In this document: one piece after another, positions 13,339 through 25,559 of the stretch
Position numbering within the stretch: the stretch's first letter is position 1
How the letters are laid out: each line of letters begins with the position of its first letter
Assembly: GCA_951406725.2 (NCBI GenBank)
Contig: OX597814.1
Location: 174,530,001-174,594,000 of the forward strand
DNA length: 64,000 nucleotides
Direction: 5' to 3'
From: Octopus vulgaris
Taxonomy: Eukaryota
The notes under the pieces: model-generated
The model's input: the letters and a program-made list of their open reading frames with translations, nothing else
Database searches by the model: none
What the model was told of the DNA's origin: nothing
Translations under genes and position numbers: made by a program

Positions 13339-13855
13339 AACATAGAAAAGAGCGAGCATGAAAAATAATATTCTTAAGATTATAAACCTGGAAAAGTACA
13401 GGACAAGTTATTACACCTGTAAAAGTATAGGACAAACTATTACTTCAAGTAAAGTAAAACAATAAGAAACTTTTTACTTAAAATATTGCAGCTAAAATAA
13501 AAATTTGAATATTAAGAATTATTTTATTATAGTTTACAAATAACACTATACTTATTTAAGTAGAATTTGGTTAATTTACTACCTTATATACAGAAAAAAG
13601 TGACTAATTAGACAAACTTACAAATTAGCTGAACAGTTTTGTACAATGAATTTAAAAGATGAGAACTGTAAAGAGTAATAAATTAGAACTGGCATTCTTT
13701 GCTGCAATATTTTAAGTAAAGAGTTTATTCTTATTCTTTACTTTACTTGGAGTAATAGTTTGTCCTATACTTTTACAAGTGTAATAACTTGTCCTGTACT
13801 TTTCCAGATTTATAATCTTCAGAATATTACTTTCCATGCTCGTATTTTTCCATGT
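13339..13855. mobile_element. MITE with ~160-bp terminal inverted repeats
   Basis: cgagcatgaaaaataatattct..ctggaaaagtacaggacaagttattacac..gtaaaagtataggacaaactattact is mirrored at ~13695-13855. Confidence 0.8.
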
Positions 13856-13899
13856 AATATATATATATATATATATATACCATATATATATATATAATT

Positions 13900-14075
13900 A
13901 TTGACCGCTAGCCACTAAAGCTTTTTATTCTCTCTCTCTCTTTATTTTCTCGTGTTCCTATCTGTTGAAGAGCGTAGGCTCGAAACGTAAAAAACTTCCT
14001 CATTTTCCCGAGCGTTAAACTAATACACCTATTTGTTGTTTACAAACCTGTCTTCGTGTTTTTTTTTTATAAATT
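13900..14075 (+). mobile_element. Penelope-like pLTR fragment with variant hammerhead motif
   Basis: CTGTTGA-A-GAGC-gtag-GCTC-GAAA-CG-TA at ~13962-13989. Confidence 0.5.
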
Positions 14076-14116
14076 CCACATACATACATCTATGTATACT
14101 TTATATATATATATAT

Positions 14117-14160
14117 GGTGCCCCAGCATGGCCACAGCTCATTAGCTGAAACTGGAAAAA
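14117..14160 (+). mobile_element. Extreme 3'-end stub of the CR1-group LINE family at 51507-54580
   Basis: ggtgccccagcatggccacagctcattagctgaaact matches 54514-54550 with one mismatch. Confidence 0.75.
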
Positions 14161-14168
14161 TCAAAATC

Positions 14169-14189
<21 letters not shown>

Positions 14190-14199
<10 letters not shown>

Positions 14200-15070
14200 T
14201 CTGTGTGTCACTGAAGCCATTCACACACATACATTATGTCTCACACATACGCACACACCAACACCATTGCTCTCTCTCTCTCTTCACATACACTAACAAA
14301 ACTTCACATGCACACCCCATTTTCTGTCTCACATAACCCATCAATTCTTCAGCTTGACGCCGACTTTTAAAATAACTTCCGATCCAATCGCTCTTTCGTT
14401 TTTGCGCCGAACACATATGTAAAAAATAAAAAACATTTCACAGAAAGCGAAGATCATGTTCAGAAAAACAAATAGCACGTGGTCTACATTGACAATTATG
14501 ATACTCAAATCGATTGTGTGCCGATTGTTTTTCACTTTCAGTAAATTCCCTGGTAAACGTTTCTAATAGAAAGGCAGAAGACACTAGAAGCAAAAATAAA
14601 TAATAGACACGCACAGTTAAATATAGAAGTGTACCGTATAATTTGTTACATAATCTCTATAATAAACATGATATTGAATGGATTAATTCCTCGTTTGAAC
14701 CTTTTTTAATTGTGTGTGTGTGTGTTAGAAATCTACGGATGCACAAAATGAAACAAATATGGACAACTTGTTCCAAAACACACTCTAGTGGAGACCGGTT
14801 CTCAAAAATAACCCCCAGTTGTTTTTCCCCCCAAATTCGTATGTTCTCGGAATCTACATAGTCCGAGGTAGAGAATTTCGTTAAAAAATATCTATTTTCT
14901 TGAAAATAAAGACGAATTGAAGTAGACGCCAGGGAATTTTCCGAAATTCCCCACCCCTCCTAAAACACTTTGCCCCACAAGTTTTGTATATTCGAAATCT
15001 ACATGATATAACACATATTCGTAGACAATTTCATTAAAAATAGCCATTTCTCTAAAAGTTATGATCGGTG
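14190..15070. mobile_element. Inverted partial copy of the 9925-11735 element
   Basis: Reverse-complement similarity over several blocks. Confidence 0.6.
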
Positions 15071-15096
15071 GAGCAGAGAAATCTGCCCTGAAATAG

Positions 15097-15280
15097 ATAT
15101 TGTTGTATTTCGGAAAGTGTCGCTGAAGAGGTCACAGATGTGACAAAAGATTTACGGACAATGGACATGAGTTAGAATAAGATCAGTAATAAACGAGTGA
15201 AGAACAAATATATAGTGCGTGTGTTTATTTAGCAAACAACCAAAAAAAAAAAAATGACCGTCCCGATATACAACAATATT
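15097..15280 (+). mobile_element. Fold-back Penelope-like insertion with hammerhead-like motif (same family as 46700-46962)
   Basis: Inverted ends atattgttgtatttcgg / ccgatatacaacaatat. CTGAAGA-G-GTCAC-agat-GTGAC-AAAA at 15123-15148. Confidence 0.55.
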
Positions 15281-15681
15281 ATTGTTTTATTCTCATTTCA
15301 TGATTGCATTTTCTTATCTGGATTTATCTTAAACACATGGCCTCACAGTATGTGAGTGATTTTGGGGAATGCAAATGCTTAGGATGAACTTTATAGGAGT
15401 GTAATGTGTTTATATTTGTGTGTTATGTGCATTGTTTGTGTGTGTGTCTGTTTGTGTACTTTTTACATATACAAACAGGGCATATTAATATACCCCGTTT
15501 GTATGGAAACAAGCACCAGCATAGCTAGAGCAGGGCAGAAGGAGTAGTCCATCCCGAGCGGCACTTTTATCGGGGTAACATAACTTTTGGGTCTGCCGTA
15601 GGCAACATATTTTTAGTGGGGGCTCAGGGGTGGCAAGCTGAAGGGCCGCACACACTGGCTATGCTAGTGTAAACAGGGTAT

Positions 15682-15906
15682 AGGCGGCGAGCTGGCAGAA
15701 ACGTTAGCACACCGGGCGAAATGCGTAGCCGTATTTCGTCTGCCGTTACGTTCTGAGTTCAAATTTCGCCGAGGTCAACTTTGCCTTTCATCCTTTCGGG
15801 GTCGATTAAATAAGTACCAGTTACGCACTAGGGTCGATGTTATCAACTTAATCCGTTTGTCTGTCCTTGTTTGTCCCTTCTGTGTTTAACCCCTTGTGGG
15901 TAGTAA
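15682..15906 (+). mobile_element. tRNA-derived SINE family B
   Basis: A box tggcagaaacgttag and B box gagttcaaattt. The core gcctttcatcctttcggggtcgattaaataagtaccag resembles, from memory, the MetaSINE-type central domain. Many copies in the window. Confidence 0.85.
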
Positions 15907-16259
15907 AAATATATATATAAAAAAAAATATATATATTAATATACCTTCTTTGCATGAGCTCTCTTAATTCCTCACGAAGTTGTAGGCCACTGTGACATAC
16001 GATTTATCTTGTGGATTTTGAAACTGACCGCAAAAAGAGAGGAAGATTGCTTCCAGCTCTGAATCAGTTATTTATCAAAACTAAAAAAAAATTAAACTTT
16101 AAGCTGACAATAGCGGCACTTGAACTCCAGCGCAGAAACCTAGAATGAATATGCTCTAACACCTGTGCCAAGTCATCGCCTTGCACATAGTTACCCATTA
16201 AATGCACATGTCACAAATATACGAAGTAGCAAATAAACATACACATCTCTTTTCCCTCA

Positions 16260-16402
16260 TATCATCATCATCGTTTAGCGTCCGCTTTCCATGCTGGCAT
16301 GGGTTGGACGGTTCAGCTGGGGTCTGGGAACCCAGAAGGCTGCACCAGGCCCATTCTGATCTGGCAATGTTTCTACGGCTGAATGCCCTTCCTAACGCCA
16401 AC
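16260..16402 (-). mobile_element. SINE family C, truncated
   Basis: Matches 1546-1690 and 38155-38300. Confidence 0.75.
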
Positions 16403-18580
16403 TATATATATGCAGTTAAGTATATGTCTGGTCATAGTGCTCAATGCTTTCACATCCATAAAGGGCTTAGCCCCATGGACAACTCATCAGATTCTACAGC
16501 CGAAAATTCCGCATACTAGATGTCAGTAGGTTTCAAGAATCACGGGAGAGAATGCTCAATACTTGGGCTCAGCAAGTACTTTTGCTCGTCCCAACAATAT
16601 ACTTAGTTTGAATGCACCTTTAGTGCTGCTGCAATTATATTGACTGAACGACATCTCTGCACGTGCATGGATTTGTTCTTCGGTATTCTAGTTTAGTTTT
16701 TCTGTATGTAAGCCAAAGCAGGCATTAAATCAAACATAAGTCTTGTGTTTCAGGGTTTTCTTTACTCCACACACCCCGCTCTCTCTCTCATTTTCTTTTG
16801 ATGACAATATTTTTGGTCCACCCAACAGCATATTTGGCATTAAATCAAATAGAAGTTTTATAATCCATTGAAATAAGATTTCTTTTCATTTGATTGCAAT
16901 TAAGAAAGTAATTTGGTTTTGTAAATTGTTTCAATAATTGCCACTGTAAGAGTATAATGGTGAAAAATTACTAAATGACAATTCAAAACAGCAGGGAGGA
17001 ATTGAGGAAACCTGGTAAGGAACGTGACCTGAGACTTGGAAAACCACATCTGACTAGCTGGAAATAATAACCAAATTTCCTCAATTCACACTCTACACTC
17101 TTAAAAAGGAAAGACTCCTTATCCAGTGTAGTGTTAGGTATACAAAAATATCATAGCCATGACTGAAAGGGTTTTGATCTGAGGTTTTCTAAATCAAGGT
17201 TGATTTGGGATTCAACACACTTTAATATAAAATCAAAGGTGAAGAAAGTGGGTGGTTAGGGGGGCAGTGGCCCTTGATGAAGGTTGCAAAACATTTTCTC
17301 CGACCTATCATGCCTGTTAATTAGGGTGAAGGCGCCAATAGCATTTTTTGTCCAGGCAGAACCCTTACTACATTACTGTATGAAATGCAGTGATGCGAGT
17401 ATGAGGTGTCAACTGTTTCCTGGATTGTTGTGAATTTGTATTCAATTATTGGCATAATATTACAGTTTAGAACATCAACAGCACCAGGGTTGGACCAAGG
17501 TAAGAGAGTTCATTGCTCCTCCATAACTTTGTTCAACAATTGAACATTGTCATCTTTGTGTTTTTTCACCCTTTAAGCTCCCACTACATCCACCAGTCAG
17601 CCCTGACTGAACAAACCTTTGATCTAACTATTCCAGTCATGTTCACCATGTCCTGCTGTAGGGCATTGTCAATCTTGGACTACAAATCAAGTCTGTATCT
17701 GTTTTCAAGATGGTAGGGTAATTTGAGAGAAATTTGGCTGATATTCTCAGTGATCTTGCTGGCTTATTGATATTGTTGTTTATACTATGTTTAACCTTTA
17801 TTGAACAGACACTTATGAAAGACATTCTAGCCTTGGCCTTATCTTTTTTGCCCTTGTGTCCTTTTTTGCCCTCTAGCTCAGCGGTTCTTAACTAGGATCA
17901 ATGTAAGATTTTTGGGGGTCCATGCAAGCAAAATAATAATTTGTGGGCCCACAGTAGTATATTAAGGGTCTAGAGAAAAATTTCATCCTTTCGGAGTCAA
18001 TAAATTAAGTACCAGTTACGCACTAGGGTTGATGTAATCAACTTAAACCCTTTGTCTGTCCCCTCTATGTTTAGCCTCTTGTGGGCAATAAAGAAATAAG
18101 AATAAGAATAGTAATCAAAGGGCTCCGTAGATAAAAATTGATTGAGAACCACTGCTCTAGCTTGTCCTTTTTTTAAAACAGGGTTGTGGAAGTTTGAAGA
18201 TTTATTTGAATGTTTATTCCTTGCAGGCTCAGTGACCACATCAAGCCTCTTTTTTTTTTTTTTTTCGTTGAACATTGATGTGTTTGTGGTGGTTAGGCAA
18301 TATTATATACACACAAGATATATATATAATGGCATTGTCTGAACTCACATGACCATAGATATAATATATTTGTAAACCGTTGGTTAAAGATAAGCTATGA
18401 TATTCATTCTTTCTTCATCTAGGGTTCATTAGTGTAACTGTGCCTAGAAACTGGAACCTGGTTCATCTGTTTACTTGCTAAAAATTGTATTCCATAGGCA
18501 AAGATCAGGAGCATATGTGAAGTTGAGTGTTTCCTCTTAGAAATCGAAACTGGGTTATAGATATGATGATTTCATTGTAT

Positions 18581-18802
18581 TACTCTTTTTACTCTTTTAC
18601 TTGTTTCAGTCATTTGACTGTGGCCATGCTGGAGCACCTTCTTTAATCGAGCAACTCGACCCCGGGACTTATTCTTTTGTAAGCCCAGTACTTATTCTAT
18701 CGGTCTCTTTTGCCGAACCGCTAAGTAACGGGGACATAAACAAACCAGCATCGGTTGTCAAGCAATGCTAGGGGGACAAACACAGATACACAAACACACA
18801 CA

Positions 18803-18848
<46 letters not shown>

Positions 18849-19014
18849 TACGACGGGCTTCTTTCAGTTTCCGTCTACCAAATCCACTCACAAGGCTTTG
18901 GTCGGCCCGAGGCTATAGTAGAAGACACTTGCCCAAGGTGCCACGCAGTGGGACTGAACCCGGAACCATGTGGTTGGTAAACAAGCTACTTACCACACAG
19001 CCACTCCTGCGCCT
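18581..19014 (-). mobile_element. SINE family A, full length
   Basis: Reverse complement of the 8138 and 33240 copies, with a (GAGTAAAA)n tail. Confidence 0.9.
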
Positions 19015-19105
19015 ATTGATGATTTGAACATTGGGAATAATAATAATAATAATAATTGTGTACAGTGCTCAGGTGCACTACAACTCATCTAAAGTGTATA
19101 TATAA

Positions 19106-21035
19106 TCAGGTGTAGTTTCGACGGATTTCGGAAAGCATGAGGGCCTTAAAGGATGCAGTGTCATGGCAGTCAACAACTGATGCAGGCAGTTTATTCCACG
19201 CTTCAGCAACCCTGAGCGTGAAAAAATGTTTCCGAAAGTCATGGGAGCTGTATTGTTTTCTGACTTTGTAGGCATGTCCACGTGTGTTAGACACATGGAG
19301 ATCAAAAAGGTGTTCAGTGTTGTTGTTGGTGAGGTGGTTGATAACTTTGTGGGTGTTTACCAAGTCCGTCGCCAAACGCCGGAGCTTCAGTGAATCCATG
19401 CCCAGGGAAACAAGGCGCTCAGAATATGGTAGGTGTCTGATGGAGGGTATGCGTTTGGTTGCACGTCTCTGGACAGATTCCAGGAGGTCAATGTTCTGTG
19501 CAAGATAGGGGTTCCAAACTGATGATGCGAATTCCAAGTGTGGTCGTACCATAGCTGTATACAGTTTTAAATAGATGGCTGGAGAGCGGCTAACAAAAGA
19601 CCTGCTGAGTGATGCCAAGACACCCTCGGCCTTCCTGACAATCTTAGAGATATGCTTTGACCAACGCAAATCACTGCTGACAGTGATGCCTAGGTCACGC
19701 TCGCAAGAGGATTTCTTGATATCAGTGTTGTGGAGGGAGTATGTGAACGCAGGGTTTTTTCTCCCAAAATGCATGGTGGTACACTTGTCCACAGCCAGTT
19801 TCAGTTGCCAGTCTGTGATCCATTGCTGCATTGTGTCTAGGTCTGATTGCAGGAAAGAGTTGTAGACATCAGGATCTGTCCTCTTGATTTCAAGGTACAG
19901 CTTGATGTCGTCTGCATATTTCAATACTGTGGCATTCTTTAAATTGGCATCTATGTCGTTAATGTATGCCACAAACAAGAGGGGACCAAGGACAGATCCC
20001 TGTGGTACACCCGATGACATCTCATATGGTGTAGAGTGCTGTCCTAGAACTGTAACTACCTCCTTTCGGCTGAGGATGAAGGATTTCAACCAGTTAAAAA
20101 GGTCATCCCCCACACCCATTGCAGAGAGTTTCACCATAAGCCTTTTGTGTGGCACAGAGTTGAAAGCCTTAGCAAAGTCAAGGTAGACAACATCCACCCA
20201 TGAGCCACTGTCAGTAATCTGAGTAATGTCCTCAAGGAACTCGACAAGCTGGTCACTGCAGCTGGAGTTAGGGACAAATCCATATTGTGAGGGTCGGATG
20301 AGACTGTGAGAGCTCCAGAAGTTCCAGAGTGTTTCTCTGACACACGATTCCATCAGTTTTGCAATACAGCTAGTGAGACTGACTGGGCGATAGTTGACAG
20401 GTGATGTGCGGTCGCCCTTTTTGAACAGAGGAATGACACTGGCAGTTTTCCACTGCTCCGGAGTAGCACCATTGTTGAGACAGTACTGGAAGAAAATAGA
20501 AAGCTGGTGTAAAAGGAAGTGCCTGCCACGTTTGAGAAGCAGGTATGTAACTCCATCGAGACCAGGGGAGGCATAGTTGCGCTTATTTTGAAGGTGACGT
20601 CGCAGCATTGCAGGTGTAAATTCCATAGTTGTTATGGAGTTTGCTGTTAGTGATGGTGAAGATGGTACATTTTGACTTTCAACAGTGAATATGTTTGCAT
20701 AGCACTCGGCAATGAGTTCTGCGCATTCCTTGGGGTCGTCAGTGATCTGGTTTGTGTGAGGGTTGCGAAGAGGGCCCACTGGAGAGTGAGGTCTCTGCTT
20801 TGAGTGCACATATTTCCAGAAAACCTTGCTGTCAGGATTGGCTGCTATGCACTGTTCAAATTCAAGCACTGCTTTTTTTGTCACTTGCTTGAGATGGTTG
20901 GAGGATTTATTCCGCTTCTTCCTGTTGGTGTCTGATTTATGCAACCTGTATTCTCGTTCAGCAGTCCGACGTTCCCTCCTGGCAAGTCGGACCGCTGAAG
21001 TTTCCCAAATTGCCCTTTTGGGGCGGTTCTTCTTT
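19106..21035 (-). CDS. LINE ORF2, reverse transcriptase part (frameshifted from the endonuclease part)
   Basis: SPGLDG, PLFKKG..NYRPVSLTS, QYGF, YLDFAKAFNSVPH, SGVPQGSVLGPLLF, YADD. CR1-type C-terminus VRPHLEFASSVWNPY..LESVQRRATK..TRGH..FFTLRVAEAWNKLP. Confidence 0.95.
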
Positions 21036-21930
21036 TTTGTTTACGTGGCACTGATGCTGCACATGCTGCCCATATTGAGTCCAGGATACTCTGGAGTATA
21101 GTATTCACATCTCCAGAGTTGTAGAATTCACGCCAGTTTGGGTGCTGTAGTTCAGTGTGGTACAGGTTCCAATCTGCTCTCTTCCAATCGAAGGAAGCAG
21201 ATTGGAGATGGTTCAGGTTTTTGTTGCCCGCAAGAGCCAGATTGGCGATGATCATAGCATGATCAGAGTCACCTAGAGGTTCCTCCGTTGTGCAATTGAT
21301 AACTGCTTCAGGAGTTGTGGTGAAGAGCAGGTCCAAGGTGTTGTCGCCTCTTGTTGGAGAGGTGACTACTTGTGACCAGTTTGAGTCCAGCACAAGCTCA
21401 ACAAAATCGTTTGCACTCTGTGGCCAATGGAAGGTCTCCCAATCGATCTCAGGATGATTGAAATCGCCTGCAATAAACACATAAGTGGCTGTTTTCCTGG
21501 CAGCAGCTCGGAGGACATTGCAAAGCTGTGTGTCCCGATGGTAACTTGGGGGACGATAAACAACGCCAAGCAGGAGTGTTGACATGGTCATACGCACGTC
21601 ACAGAAAAAAACTTCTTCTTGTGATTCGTTCAAATCGGCACAAGGAATTACCAAAAAATTTGAACGAACGTAGACCATCACACCACCACCACGGCGGTTA
21701 GTGCGGTCCTTACGGAAGAGGTTGTACCCCGTAATGTTGAAAACCCCATCACAGAGTAAGGAATGCGCCCATGTTTCCGTGACAGTGATGAAGTCAGGGT
21801 CAACACTTCTGACGTAGGCGTTGAACAAATGTATTTTGTTGCATAAACTGCGAGCATTTAAGGACAACAATTTGTACCCTGCTCGCAGTTTATGATGGTG
21901 TGTAGAGGATGGCAGGTTGTTCTGGCTTAG
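20881..21930 (-). CDS. LINE ORF2, APE endonuclease part
   Basis: LNARSL, ITVTETW, RKDR..GGGV, VYRPP, AGDFN, PTR..LDL, SDH. The frame is open upstream to the ORF1 stop with no ATG. Confidence 0.93.
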   Translation of the reverse strand, partial: LSQNNLPSSTHHHKLRAGYKLLSLNARSLCNKIHLFNAYVRSVDPDFITVTETWAHSLLCDGVFNITGYNLFRKDRTNRRGGGVMVYVRSNFLVIPCADLNESQEEVFFCDVRMTMSTLLLGVVYRPPSYHRDTQLCNVLRAAARKTATYVFIAGDFNHPEIDWETFHWPQSANDFVELVLDSNWSQVVTSPTRGDNTLDLLFTTTPEAVINCTTEEPLGDSDHAMIIANLALAGNKNLNHLQSASFDWKRADWNLYHTELQHPNWREFYNSGDVNTILQSILDSIWAACAASVPRKQKRRTAPKGQFGKLQRSDLPGGNVGLLNENTGCINQTPTGRSGINPPTISSK

Positions 21931-22717
21931 TTTCCCTGAGTTGCTGTAGTCTTTTTAGTTATTGTGGGTAGAGAGCACTCAGACCAGCTGGTATCTCTCT
22001 TCCACGTTTCAGCAGTCTTGACAAATCTCCAGATTTGTCCATCTTCCCGAAGACTGAAGCTTTCCTGTAGAGCTGAGTTCCTATTCAGGGAAGCCACTAC
22101 ACGTAGCTTCGGGCGTACATCGGACGGTAAGCCTGGGCGTGTTCGGAAGGTGGTCCGATTTTCCCGCCCAGCTTTAACTGAGGCCAGATGGTAAGAGGTT
22201 GCCTCAGTGGGGTCCGTAAAAGACAACTTGATGAGCCTAGGTTTTGGGCCAGGTTGTCCAAGGCGGATAGCACCCGTTGGGGGAACGCAGCCTAGGTCTT
22301 TGGCTGAGTTGGCAGCAAAAGCCTGAAGATCAGCCATGTCTTCTGGCACCCCAATGGCGATGACTTCATGGGTGGCAGAATCCGCAGTCTTAAATGCGAC
22401 AAGAGGCACAGGTACAGGGAGGTTCTTTAGCAGAGCATTCCGATAAGACCCCTCATTGTGGAGTCCAACCTGAATGGTTGCTTTTATTCCTGCTACTTCC
22501 CCTTTTAAAGCACAGATCGATTGTTGCAGTTCTGCAAGAACCGCACTGGTCAATTGGTGTTGTTGTTGTTGCTGCTGTTGCTCTGGTTGTGGTTGATTTT
22601 GTTGTTGCTGTTGTTGTTGTTGATGTTGTTGTTGCTGCTGCTCTGGTTGTGGTTGATTTTGTTGTTGCTGCTGCTCTGGTTGTGGTTGATTTTGTTGTTG
22701 CTGCTGCTGCTGCTCTA

Positions 22718-22750
<33 letters not shown>

Positions 22751-23144
22751 CTGGTTGTGGTTGATTTTGTTGTTGCTGCTGTTGCTGTTCCGCCTCCTCC
22801 ACGGGAGTGGCAGGGGGAGACACAATCGTCGGTTGTGGAGGCACGCAGGCCTGACACTGAAAAGTCCAAGATTTAAGCTGAACCATCTTCCAGAGTCTAT
22901 CCATCATAGCATTATGATGGCTCTTTTTTTGGCCTGGGATCTTCTGAAAGTCCGTGGCACATTGGAGGCAGACAGAGATGAGACATGTCCCACATTCGAC
23001 CCAGCGATTACGGAACGTATTTTCGGGTTCCGTACAGATGTGGCAGGTGTGATTTTCTGGGCAGTGTTCTATTTTAGAGCAGCGACCAGTCTTATCGCAC
23101 GCCGCTATGGATTTCACCATGGCGATTCTGTTGGTTCTGGTCAT
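21927..23144 (-). CDS. LINE ORF1 protein (PHD-like zinc finger, polyQ repeat, coiled coil, RRM-like domain)
   Basis: 405 aa. CHIC..VECGTCLISVCLQC..FQCQAC, repeated Q-rich QnNQPQPE units, heptads LAELQQSICALKGEVAGIKATI, VIAIGVPED..IRLGQPGPKPRLIKLSF. Directly upstream of ORF2. Confidence 0.88.
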
Positions 23145-23743
23145 CCGTAGAGACAGAAAATGTAAACAACAATACGATAAAAGTAAAATATAAAATATTT
23201 GTTTTTGATTCGTTCTTTTTTGTGTATATTCCTTGTTCTTAAATATTGTGTGTGTATATACACATGTTTCGTTCTTTTTTGTGTATATTCCTTTTTTTCT
23301 TAAATATTGCGTGTGTATACATAAAAGTATTTGTGCGTATAGACACGGAGAAAGTTTGTAAACAGAGATGAAATTTTTGATTTTTTTGCAGTGTAGTCCG
23401 TCACATTAAATAGTGTGATTTATTTTCACTCTGCACGTATATACATGTGTGCTACAAGTATCTATGTATGTATGTATGTCACTGCTTTATAAATTTTGGA
23501 CGTACTTACTGTCGTTCAACGATTTCTTTTACCCTCAACTACACGTGGTGAATTCTTCCATTGTAGATCTGTGGTGGTCATCGTCGTAATATTTTCTCTT
23601 TAGTTTCCTCGCCAAATTGATTATACCCTAATCAAACCATTTGTTTGTCTTGTTTTAGTAACATTGTATTTTCCTCCTTTTCCTTTTTCATTCCCATATT
23701 ATATGGAACTTCGGTGGACAGCTACTCTAAGACTCCAGCTGCC

Positions 23744-24666
23744 ATGTATGTATGTATGTATGTATGTATGTATGTATGTATGTATGTATGTATGTATGTA
23801 TGTATGTATGTATGTATGTATGTATGTATGTATGTATGTATGTATGTATGTATGTATGTATGTATGTATGTATGTATGTATGTATGTATGTATGTATGTA
23901 TGTATGTATGTATGTATGTATGTATGTATGTATGTATGTATGTATGTATGTATGTATGTATGTATGTATGTATGTATGTATGTATGTATGTATGTATGTA
24001 TGTATGTATGTATGTATGTATGTATGTATGTATGTATGTATGTATGTATGTATGTATGTATGTATGTATGTATGTATGTATGTATGTATGTATGTATGTA
24101 TGTATGTATGTATGTATGTATGTATGTATGTATGTATGTATGTATGTATGTATGTATGTATGTATGTATGTATGTATGTATGTATGTATGTATGTATGTA
24201 TGTATGTATGTATGTATGTATGTATGTATGTATGTATGTATGTATGTATGTATGTATGTATGTATGTATGTATGTATGTATGTATGTATGTATGTATGTA
24301 TGTATGTATGTATGTATGTATGTATGTATGTATGTATGTATGTATGTATGTATGTATGTATGTATGTATGTATGTATGTATGTATGTATGTATGTATGTA
24401 TGTATGTATGTATGTATGTATGTATGTATGTATGTATGTATGTATGTATGTATGTATGTATGTATGTATGTATGTATGTATGTATGTATGTATGTATGTA
24501 TGTATGTATGTATGTATGTATGTATGTATGTATGTATGTATGTATGTATGTATGTATGTATGTATGTATGTATGTATGTATGTATGTATGTATGTATGTA
24601 TGTATGTATGTATGTATGTATGTATGTATGTATGTATGTATGTATGTATGTATGTATGTATGTATG
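23744..24666. repeat. Perfect (TATG)n microsatellite, about 230 units
   Basis: Uninterrupted repeat. It explains the CMYV/HTYI ORFs. Confidence 0.99.
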
Positions 24667-25559
24667 AAATTTTTGTTGCTTTGATATCATTGTCTCCATC
24701 ATTATAATTTAGACAAACAAGTTTTCTTATATTATTTTAAATTAAAAAAAACCCTTTGATTCAATAATAAAATAAATAAAACAGTTGTTAGTTTACTGCT
24801 TTTGTTTTAATAAGAAAAAATATGTCAATTCAGATTACACTTTTATAAAATCTACTTTTGACTAGAAATATTGTTTAATCAATAAATGGAATGCAGTTGT
24901 TTCTTATCTTTGGGCTTGCATCTACTTAAACAGGCCACGACTAAGATATCCAGATGGCGACTACGATAAGGTTTTCCTGTTTAATTAAATTCTTTACCTC
25001 TTTTACTAACTGATTTAATTCATATTTCATGTTTAACACTTTTAAGACAGATATTTTGTGTTTTTTCAAAAAAATTTGTATAACTAATATATTTATATAA
25101 AATAATGAAAGTCTAACAATTTTTTGTTCAGCCTTGTTGAATTTTTATGAAAGGTTTCATTTTAAATAATGCATCTGAATATAATTGAGGTGCCTTAACT
25201 TGAATGATAAGATTTAATATTGTATTGTAAATAGTGTTTCCCATGGTAAAACAAGTAGAACAAGGAAAAAAGTTTTATATTGTATTGCCAAAAGCAATTT
25301 GTTACTTTGAAACAAAATCTTTTTTAAAATCTAGTTTTACCTGTTTTTATTTTGCAAAATTTGAAAATAAATTTTTCATGGAAGTTTCTTGCTGAAAACA
25401 TGTGTAGTGATCTCAGGCAAATGACAGTTTAATTTCATTGTTTTGTCACATGTTACTTCAGGGAATGAAGCTAGTCAATACATAACTGTTTTGTACCGAT
25501 GTCACATGTGTTATTTTAACTAATCAGAAATTAATAGTCGATGAGCTATATTTTGGTTA

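Larger units (their letters stand above)
19036..23743 (-). mobile_element. Full-length CR1-group non-LTR retrotransposon (LINE)
   Basis: ORF1 plus APE/RT ORF2, short 3' UTR, (ATT)n tail at 19036-19056. About 600-bp 5' UTR with a ~60-bp tandem duplication (~23208-23320). The 5' boundary is approximate. Confidence 0.93.

Noticed and set aside
16410-16740. Coding-like stretch on the minus strand
   Set aside because: Multiple stops and no motif I can assign.
17490-17875. Lys-rich open frame (GKKGHKGKKDKAK..) and a nearby AAG|GTAAGA donor
   Set aside because: They are on opposite strands, with no recognisable protein and no consistent exon structure.
22394-23150. Poly-L, poly-V/A and poly-T/A ORFs
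   Set aside because: Alternative frames and antisense of the CAA/CAG repeat in LINE ORF1.
23645-24707. Four 310-347-aa ORFs (CMYV/HTYI repeats)
   Set aside because: Translation of a stop-free (TATG)n microsatellite.
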